Assembly: GCA_035400625.1 (NCBI GenBank)
Contig: DAOMZT010000001.1
Location: forward strand, 350,004-382,003
DNA length: 32,000 bases
From: an archaeon
GTDB taxonomy: Archaea; Iainarchaeota; Iainarchaeia; Iainarchaeales; CSSED10-239
Reading direction: 5' to 3'
Shown: positions 23,773 through 30,627 of the stretch, one piece after another
Numbering within the stretch: position 1 is the stretch's first letter
Layout: each line of letters opens with the position of its first letter
The notes under the pieces: model-generated
Seen by the model: the letters and a program-made list of their open reading frames with translations, nothing else
Told to the model about the DNA's origin: nothing
The model's database searches: none
Program-made: the position numbers and the translations under genes

Positions 23773-26403
23773 ATGATGGTTAAAAAAAAGAAAGCTCAGG
23801 TTGCTTTAGAAATATTGGTTATTTTTGGAATTCTTGTTATCGGTGCTGTTATTTTTGCATTGTTTTATTCAACTAATATTAGAAGCAAAGTAGACATTTC
23901 TTCAAATGTTCAGGGTAGCTATTCAGATATTGAAAAAAATTTACTAAGCGAAGATCCACAACAGCCAATAGAAATTTGTGGTAATGGTCGTTGTGGTCCA
24001 GGAGAAAACAGCGCAAATTGTCCTGATGATTGTGGTTATCCAAATTCACTTTGTCCAACAACCCCATTAAACATATCTGTTAAAATGATACCAAATGAAG
24101 GTGTACCAGCAGGTGCTCCTGGTCATAATACTTTTGATTTAAAAGTAAGTGCTATTAGACAACCAGGATATGATGATAAAGAAATAATTGTTAAAAAATT
24201 AAGAATAAAAAATACAATGGCCACTAATGCGATTTATTACAATAACAACAATTTACCATTAGATGGTGTTGAAATTGATAGCGAAATGAATATAAGCGCA
24301 GAAAATTATTTTAATTATACAATTTCTAATCTTTCAAGTACCCGTTCTGGAAGCTATCCATTTGAAGTTTTAGTTGAAGTTCCTGGTTGTGAGGGATTAG
24401 ATACAATTGGTTCAACAGTTGTTGATATAAAAGGTTTATCTGCAAGATTAAGCTTATATCCTGATGGGGGAAATTATCAAGATGAAAATTTTGGAGTTAA
24501 TGTAGACGTATTTGGTTATAATTCAGGTAGTAACATAAGTATTACAAATATATTTGTAGCAGATGCGCTAGGCAATTTACTTAATAACGTTTGTTCTTAT
24601 AAAAAAGAGAGAATACCTATTTCTGGTAAAAGTGTAGATTTATTACTTGATAAAAGAAATAATAATTATAATTATTTATTTACTAATAATTTTGCTTGTT
24701 ATCAACCAGGCGAATATAAGTTTATATTTACTTTACATGATAATGATGAAAACACAGATTATGATTATAATGCTACAATTTTTAAAAGTATAAAAGATCG
24801 TTGTTTATATTTAAGAAATGCAGGAGAAGGAACAAAATCAAATCCATATATAATTTCTACTCCTGGTGATTTAGATTGTATAAGATACAATCTAAGTAAA
24901 TATTTTAGATTAGGGGCAGATATAGATTTAAATCACGAACTTTTATCTGACAATTCAGAGTATTATTGGTATGATGATATATATGGTTGGAATCCGATAG
25001 GCACAATGGATGCGCCATTTACTGGTTCATTTGATGGTGCAGGCTATACAATACGAAATTTATATACCAGAAGAAACAATGTAGACCCAGTTAATGGGGT
25101 AATAACTCCTATATTATTTACAGGAGATATTTACAATTCTTTATTTTTAAATGTAAGTGATGCTAACTTTAATAATTTAAATTTATCTGGTGTAGATTTA
25201 AATGGTTGGCAATCAGGATCATTAGCTTATTATTCAACCAATTCTAATTTTAAAGACATACATGTTAATGGAGATGTAGTAAGTTATTATTTTGGTGGCG
25301 GAATAGTATCATATGCGCAAGATTCTAATTTTAGTGGTTGTTCATTTGATGGTAATTTAAATATAAAAGGTATGGGTGGCGGATTAATAGGAGAAGCAAA
25401 AAATATTATAATAAATAAGTCTACAGCAAACGCCAACATAATTGGCAAATATATGATTGGTGGGCTAGTTGGTGTGATTAGAGATTTTGATAATCTATCT
25501 TTGATTAAAGAATCATCTAGTTCTGGAATTATTAGTTATGGATCAGGGAGTATAGGGTGTATAGGTGGTTTGTGTGGTTCTTGTGCAAGTGTTATTGTAA
25601 ATAGTCATTCTGATGTTGATATATCAAAAGGCTATTTAAGTATAGGTGGTTTGTGTGGTTCTTGTGTATCAATAATAAACAGTTATGCTACAGGAGATAT
25701 AAATTCGTTAGAAATAACAAGTGGTATTTATGCGAGTGGACATTTACCTAATTATATAGGTGGTTTAGCAGGTGAAGTTTCAGGAGATGTAAAAAATAGT
25801 TATGCTACAGGAAATATAAATCTAATTTCACAACCAAATAACAATGCATTCCGTATTGGAGGATTAATTGGTGCAACTTCTGGTTTTTCTACAACTCCAC
25901 TAAGTGTTAGTAATTCTTATGCCAGAGGCAATATAACAATAAATGGAGTAGCAGAAGAGATTGGGGGGTTAATAGGTCATCCAATGGGATCGTTAAAGCC
26001 TCAAATTCTTAATTGTTATAGTACAGGAAATATAGCAATTTCAGGAGAAAATAGCTTAGTAGGCGGATTAATTGGTGGTAATAATGACGCAAATACAACT
26101 TCAAGTTATTGGGATACTCAAACTTCTGGCCAATCTACAAGCTACGGTGGTTTAGGCAGAACAACAGAAGATATGACTTATCCAGAATACCCAGAAACCT
26201 ATGAAGGTTGGGATTTTAAAAATATTTGGATAAACGATATGAAAAAAACAAATGATGGCTATCCGTATCTTAAGTTAAATATTGTAGGTCTGGAAAGAGG
26301 CAGGGATTTAATCCCTGATTCAGAGGATATTATTGCTTCTTTCCCATATATTTATATTTCAGAAGATGGAGAAACAATAGATCCTGATTTGATTAATAAC
26401 TAG
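23773..26403 (+). CDS. Giant pilin-like protein (class III signal peptide) with Ig-like domains and GLUG-motif beta-helix
   Basis: 876 aa, with 'ggtga' at 23764-23768. The N-terminus is 'MMVKKKKA|QVALEILVIFGILVIGAVIFALFY'. Nine 'GG(G/L)xG' GLUG-type motifs occur at about 27-35-aa spacing, for example 'IGGLVGV', 'IGGLCGSC', 'IGGLAGEV' and 'VGGLIGGN'. The terminal 'SYWDTQTSGQSTS' and 'NDGYPYLK' are typical of GLUG-repeat proteins. Confidence 0.8.
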   Translation: MMVKKKKAQVALEILVIFGILVIGAVIFALFYSTNIRSKVDISSNVQGSYSDIEKNLLSEDPQQPIEICGNGRCGPGENSANCPDDCGYPNSLCPTTPLNISVKMIPNEGVPAGAPGHNTFDLKVSAIRQPGYDDKEIIVKKLRIKNTMATNAIYYNNNNLPLDGVEIDSEMNISAENYFNYTISNLSSTRSGSYPFEVLVEVPGCEGLDTIGSTVVDIKGLSARLSLYPDGGNYQDENFGVNVDVFGYNSGSNISITNIFVADALGNLLNNVCSYKKERIPISGKSVDLLLDKRNNNYNYLFTNNFACYQPGEYKFIFTLHDNDENTDYDYNATIFKSIKDRCLYLRNAGEGTKSNPYIISTPGDLDCIRYNLSKYFRLGADIDLNHELLSDNSEYYWYDDIYGWNPIGTMDAPFTGSFDGAGYTIRNLYTRRNNVDPVNGVITPILFTGDIYNSLFLNVSDANFNNLNLSGVDLNGWQSGSLAYYSTNSNFKDIHVNGDVVSYYFGGGIVSYAQDSNFSGCSFDGNLNIKGMGGGLIGEAKNIIINKSTANANIIGKYMIGGLVGVIRDFDNLSLIKESSSSGIISYGSGSIGCIGGLCGSCASVIVNSHSDVDISKGYLSIGGLCGSCVSIINSYATGDINSLEITSGIYASGHLPNYIGGLAGEVSGDVKNSYATGNINLISQPNNNAFRIGGLIGATSGFSTTPLSVSNSYARGNITINGVAEEIGGLIGHPMGSLKPQILNCYSTGNIAISGENSLVGGLIGGNNDANTTSSYWDTQTSGQSTSYGGLGRTTEDMTYPEYPETYEGWDFKNIWINDMKKTNDGYPYLKLNIVGLERGRDLIPDSEDIIASFPYIYISEDGETIDPDLINN
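25560..25666 (+). repeat. 81-nt-period internal duplication with a 26-nt identical core
   Basis: 'tataggtggtttgtgtggttcttgtg' occurs at 25560-25585 and 25641-25666, exactly 81 nt (27 codons) apart. Both copies encode 'IGGLCGSC'. Confidence 0.9.
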
Positions 26404-26479
26404 TTTATTAATCTCTTTCTTTTTTATTATCTTAATTATTGAGATCATCTATTTCTGATTTTTTAATCATATATTTATT

Positions 26480-26495
26480 TACTAAATATTTAGTA
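26480..26495. repeat. Perfect 16-nt palindrome
   Basis: 'tactaaatatttagta' is self-complementary. It lies in the 322-nt spacer between the 876-aa gene and the GAPDH-like gene. Confidence 0.8.
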
Positions 26496-26725
26496 AGTGA
26501 ATAGTTATTGGTTTTGTAGAAATCCTTTTTTAGTAAATTAATCTAGCAAATCAAAAATTTCTCGCAATTTCATTAATTAGTCCATTTCTCTGCGATTTTT
26601 GATAATATGCATTTACATCATGGTAATTTTATCGATGCGGGGTTTTCATAATAATGTGTGCAGTAAAAAACTCATGCATTTATAAATGGTTTTTTAAATA
26701 TATATATAATTTAGTAGGTGTAATA

Positions 26726-27679
26726 ATGAAAATTGGGATGTGTGGATTTGGAAGAATAGGTAGGCAAATATTTGAAGCACTGTTAAAAGAAAAATGTATC
26801 GATACCATATTTATATATGACCCCCAATTGTCTAAATCTAACTACGATTATTTATTACAATCTGAGTTGGGTCAAGATTATAATAAATTTAAATTTAAAA
26901 TCAACAAAGTAAAAATAATAAGCATAGAAAATAAATTTTATAATCAGATAAGGGATATAAATATATTAATCGAGTGCTCGGAAAAAATAGATCTGAAAAA
27001 AATATTACATTATAATTCTAAATTAAAAATAATTACAACTTATTTTTATAAAGACTCTGATGTAAAAGTAGCATTAGGTTACAATAACATAAAAAAAGAC
27101 GCGCAAATTATTTCGGGATTGACTTGCGATACAATTGCTATTTTGCCAGTGTTGAAAACATTTTTAGAGTTTGATATTCTTTTTTTATCCATTGCATCAA
27201 TTCATCCGGTCTTGTCTTATCAAAAACCGCTAGATAATTTGTATTTTGTTAATAAATCAATAGATTTAGCTAAAATAAGAGGTTTTGTAAATTGTGCAAT
27301 CCCAAGAGATACATCAATAGCTAACATTATTGAAATTGTTTGTCCGAATTTAAAAGGGAAGGTTTTTTCGTATCAATTGAGGATACCAACTACTGAAGTC
27401 ACATCTGCATTTATAACATTATCTACAAAGAAAAAAATAAATATTAATACTGTTAAATCAAAAATAAAAAAAAATAAATACTTGTGTTTTAATAAAGATT
27501 TGAAAATATCTAGCGATTTCGTAAAAGTTTCATTTTCTGCAGTAATTGATTTAAGGTTTTTTAAAGTTCATGAAAATAATTGTGCATTTTTAATGTGGTA
27601 TGATAACGAATATGGGTATTCTCAAAGAATTATAGATGTTGTTAAAGAAATTGGCGATGGTAGTGAATTTAATAAATAA
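26726..27679 (+). CDS. Divergent class I (bacterial/eukaryotic-type) glyceraldehyde-3-phosphate dehydrogenase family protein
   Basis: 317 aa from ATG 26726, with 'gtaggtg' upstream; the ORF-track start 26654 adds an implausible Cys/Phe/Tyr-rich leader. It has 'MKIGMCGFGRIGRQIF' (the NAD-binding GxGRIGR). 'IISGLTCDTIAILPVLK' aligns with 'SNASCTTNCLAP', keeping the Cys at 27125-27127. 'SIHPVLSYQKPLD' keeps the His at 27203-27205. The C-terminal 'WYDNEYGYSQRIIDV' also matches. Confidence 0.7.
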   Translation: MKIGMCGFGRIGRQIFEALLKEKCIDTIFIYDPQLSKSNYDYLLQSELGQDYNKFKFKINKVKIISIENKFYNQIRDINILIECSEKIDLKKILHYNSKLKIITTYFYKDSDVKVALGYNNIKKDAQIISGLTCDTIAILPVLKTFLEFDILFLSIASIHPVLSYQKPLDNLYFVNKSIDLAKIRGFVNCAIPRDTSIANIIEIVCPNLKGKVFSYQLRIPTTEVTSAFITLSTKKKININTVKSKIKKNKYLCFNKDLKISSDFVKVSFSAVIDLRFFKVHENNCAFLMWYDNEYGYSQRIIDVVKEIGDGSEFNK

Positions 27680-28436
27680 ACACAAATCTCAGTGTTTAAA
27701 AATTATAGATGTTTTAAAACGGGATTTAAAAAAAATAAAAGATATAAAATTAGCATTTGTAATAGGTTCCTATAACAAAAAATATTTTTCTATATGTAGC
27801 GATTTGGACATAATAATTATATTAGATGAAGAAAAATTAGATACAATTATTAAATTAAAAACAATGAGAACCAAATTAAAACAAGCATACAAAGTATCAA
27901 TTGATTTTATGATAAATAATATTAGAGAATTAAATATTAATTACCCAATGGGCGAACTAAATAATTTTGTAATAACAAATTTCAACCAAAACAAATATAC
28001 TGTTTTGGTAAATAATTTGTCAGAAAAACACATTTGTAATAAACCCCCTCTTGAATCTATAATTTTAGATAGCAGATATTATTTTAATAAATTACGGTTC
28101 ATATTATTGAATGAATCTTTTTTTATTAGAGATGTACAAAAAAAGGTAGTTGGATATGAAAAAACCAAAATATCTGTGTCTACATTATTTAATTTGGTGC
28201 GAAGGTATATTTTGTTAAAATGTAATTTGTATGTTGAAGAATATGAAGATGTAATAAACATAATTAAAAAAGAATCCTTGCAAGATTCAAAACAACTAGA
28301 GTTGTTTTGGAAATTAAAAATTAACAAACAAGAAATATCTAATGCACAGTTTAAAAAATTATATGACCTATCAAAAAAAATCTATTTTGAAATATTGCAA
28401 CGAAATTTAGGAGAATCAAGATGTCAGAAAAAATGA
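27657..28436 (+). CDS. Pol-beta-superfamily nucleotidyltransferase with helical C-terminal domain
   Basis: 259 aa from ATG 27657, overlapping the upstream gene by 23 nt. 'FVIGSYNKKYFSICSDLDIIIIL' (27765-27809) matches the minimal NTase motif G-S-x(9-13)-D-x-D. The size and two-domain layout resemble kanamycin-NTase-like proteins. Confidence 0.6.
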   Translation: MVVNLINKHKSQCLKIIDVLKRDLKKIKDIKLAFVIGSYNKKYFSICSDLDIIIILDEEKLDTIIKLKTMRTKLKQAYKVSIDFMINNIRELNINYPMGELNNFVITNFNQNKYTVLVNNLSEKHICNKPPLESIILDSRYYFNKLRFILLNESFFIRDVQKKVVGYEKTKISVSTLFNLVRRYILLKCNLYVEEYEDVINIIKKESLQDSKQLELFWKLKINKQEISNAQFKKLYDLSKKIYFEILQRNLGESRCQKK

Positions 28437-28981
28437 TTGTTTTTATAAATGGACCAACTGCTGTTGGTAAAACCACCGTTTCTAGAATTTTAAAAGAACA
28501 ACACGGGGCGACAATGGTAAGCATAAGTACCATTTTACGAGAGGAAGGCAAAAAAGTTGGTGCAAAAACAGCTGCAGATTTTGTTGAAAAAAACCTTAAG
28601 GGATCAATAGAAAAAAAATTGGCGTGTATTATAAATAATTTAAAACCAATTGTTGCAAAAAATAATCTTATATGTATTGAGAGTGCATATAATCAAATAG
28701 AAATTGATGCAATAAAAAAATATTTTGGGAAGAAAGGTTCTGTTGAATTTAAAGCCGTTTATTTAACTGCCGATTTAAATAAAAGAATAAATAGATTAAT
28801 GCGTAGAGAGAATATAAAAGATAGGCGGTGTGCTTTAATTCGCACATTATTAGTAAATGCCATTAGATCAAAAATGGGAATGACAAATATAAAATATGAT
28901 ATAGTTCATAAAAACAATTCAAAAAAAGCACCCAAAAAGTTAGTTAAAAAAATAATTAAGCCAACAAGGAGGAGGTTATAA
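28421..28981 (+). CDS. P-loop kinase-like NTPase (small nucleotide/metabolite kinase fold)
   Basis: 186 aa. The Walker A 'INGPTAVGKTTVSR' (28451-28477) sits right at the N-terminus, as in adenylate/shikimate/cytidylate-type kinases. It has a basic tail 'KKAPKKLVKKIIKPTRRRL' and overlaps the upstream gene by 16 nt. Confidence 0.6.
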   Translation: MSEKMIVFINGPTAVGKTTVSRILKEQHGATMVSISTILREEGKKVGAKTAADFVEKNLKGSIEKKLACIINNLKPIVAKNNLICIESAYNQIEIDAIKKYFGKKGSVEFKAVYLTADLNKRINRLMRRENIKDRRCALIRTLLVNAIRSKMGMTNIKYDIVHKNNSKKAPKKLVKKIIKPTRRRL

Positions 28982-28982
28982 T

Positions 28983-30440
28983 ATGAGAATATTATTTATT
29001 TACCCCTACATGCCTGCGGGAATGAATGTTCATTCAAAGAATGTGATGTCTGCTATAAATAAACACTACACAGATATGATTCTTACAAAATGGGAATATA
29101 AAGAATTTACAAATATTGATGATTATAATTTTGAGAATAAATCTTTAATTGATTTTATAATAAATAACAAAATAGATTTAGCACACATAGAATTTGACTT
29201 TGGATATTATGGATTTGATTTTGGTTGTGTTCCTTTTGTAGATTTAATTAACTTGTTTAAACAAAACAATATAGAGTACACATTATCGATACACAACCCA
29301 CCAGAAACATTTATACAATCTATGAAGGTTTTAAATAAAGATGTGAAAAAATTTAGTGAAGTTATTGATTATTTAAATAAAGAGCCAGATATACGAAAAA
29401 TAGTTCACAACCCACTATTTTTAGGGCATTTTGCACCTTTATTGCCTGTGAAAGAAAATTTTTACCAGGTTAGAGATTTAGATTTTAAAAATAAAGAAAA
29501 AATAATTATAGGCATTGTGGGATTTTTACATAAAGCAAAAGGATATGAAGATTTATTTAAATTTGCTAAAAAATACAAAGATTTATTTGTAAATCAAAAT
29601 ATATTAATTAAAGCTCTATTTTTTATGAGAGGAGATAGAAAAACACCTGACAGATTAGAATATAAAAAATTTATAGAAGGATTTAATGATAGTCATATAA
29701 GCATTCAAATTATTGATGAAAATTTAGATGCGTATTGTTCTTTTTTTAATGAAATAGATGTCGGATTTTCTACTCATTGTACATTAACCGAAAGTGCAAC
29801 AATAACTGATTATGTTTATTATGGGCTACCTGTTATTGCAAAAGAGCATTTTAATTTATTGTATTTAGATTTTATATTGATGTATAATAATTGGGACACA
29901 TTATATGGGTATATATCTAATATTAGAAAAACATTAATGGAATATGATTTTAATAAGCAACGTTCTTTTTGTAATATATTCAATTCAGAGTATGTTGCAA
30001 CTAAATATCGTTTAGCATTTATTAAAAATGGCATCTGTTCTTTTAAACATAGACCAGTTGTTGGTTGTCTGTGTTATTATAATGGAAAACAAATTTTATT
30101 TAAAAAAAATAACGTCCCTTTTTTTGATATAATGCACGGAGGTATTGAAAAAAATGAAACTGATAAAAAAGCTTTAGAAAGGGAAATTTTTGAAGAGTTG
30201 GGATTAACTTCAGATCAAATAATTATTAAAGAAAAAATTTGCTCTTTTGAATACTCAAAGCCAATCAAATTACAAATTAAAGTATCAAACAAAGGATCAA
30301 AAATGAATATATATTATGTTGAATTAAAAGAGTTACCTAAATTACCTACTATCGAGATAGAATCTTATAGTGTTTATTTTAAAGACTTATTAATTTACGA
30401 GAGTACAAGAGCTTTATTAAACACTATCTCTAAAACATAA
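28983..30440 (+). CDS. Fusion protein: GT-B (GT4-like) glycosyltransferase N-terminal region plus C-terminal Nudix hydrolase domain
   Basis: 485 aa, starting 1 nt after the kinase stop. The GT-B-like features are 'MRILFIYPY', 'IIGIVGFLHKAKGYEDLFKFAKK' and 'ESATITDYVYYGLPVIA'. A textbook Nudix box 'GGIEKNETDKKALEREIFEELGL' (GX5EX7REUXEEXGU) lies at 30138-30206. Confidence 0.7.
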   Translation: MRILFIYPYMPAGMNVHSKNVMSAINKHYTDMILTKWEYKEFTNIDDYNFENKSLIDFIINNKIDLAHIEFDFGYYGFDFGCVPFVDLINLFKQNNIEYTLSIHNPPETFIQSMKVLNKDVKKFSEVIDYLNKEPDIRKIVHNPLFLGHFAPLLPVKENFYQVRDLDFKNKEKIIIGIVGFLHKAKGYEDLFKFAKKYKDLFVNQNILIKALFFMRGDRKTPDRLEYKKFIEGFNDSHISIQIIDENLDAYCSFFNEIDVGFSTHCTLTESATITDYVYYGLPVIAKEHFNLLYLDFILMYNNWDTLYGYISNIRKTLMEYDFNKQRSFCNIFNSEYVATKYRLAFIKNGICSFKHRPVVGCLCYYNGKQILFKKNNVPFFDIMHGGIEKNETDKKALEREIFEELGLTSDQIIIKEKICSFEYSKPIKLQIKVSNKGSKMNIYYVELKELPKLPTIEIESYSVYFKDLLIYESTRALLNTISKT

Positions 30441-30592
30441 TACAAGCAATATTCCAAGACCCACTAATCCAAAAATCACAGAAATTATTATTGTTGAGTG
30501 CTTTGTTAGTAGAAAATTATATTTTTATACAAAAATTAACCAACCACATTAGCGCACATAACTTCGTAATTCTATTTAGTTAATAGTTTTCA

Positions 30593-30605
30593 AAACCTTT
30601 AAAAA
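30593..30605 (+). promoter_or_regulatory. Candidate BRE/TATA for the M6 protease gene
   Basis: 'aaaacctttaaaaa' has its TATA-like core about 23-30 nt upstream of ATG 30628, implying a leaderless mRNA. A near-identical 'gaaacctttaaaaac' occurs at 9788-9802. Confidence 0.35.
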
Positions 30606-30627
30606 CTTATTCTACCTTAATATATTT

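Noticed and set aside
26654-26725. The upstream start at 26654 for the GAPDH-like gene.
   Set aside because: The 24 extra residues ('MCAVKNSCIYKWFFKYIYNLVGVI') precede the canonical N-terminal 'MKIG..GFGRIGR' of GAPDH-family proteins. ATG 26726 has a 'gtaggtg' Shine-Dalgarno-like sequence upstream.
30425-30530. A minus-strand reading frame encoding a TM-like peptide '...STIIISVIFGLVGLGILLVLCFRDSV*' just downstream of, and slightly overlapping, the GT-Nudix gene end. It could be the relic C-terminal anchor of a decayed surface-protein gene.
   Set aside because: There is no ATG start. The only in-frame GTG gives 18 aa, and an in-frame stop lies a few codons upstream. Hydrophobic frames are common in AT-rich spacers. 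It cannot be supported as a gene or pseudogene without homology evidence.
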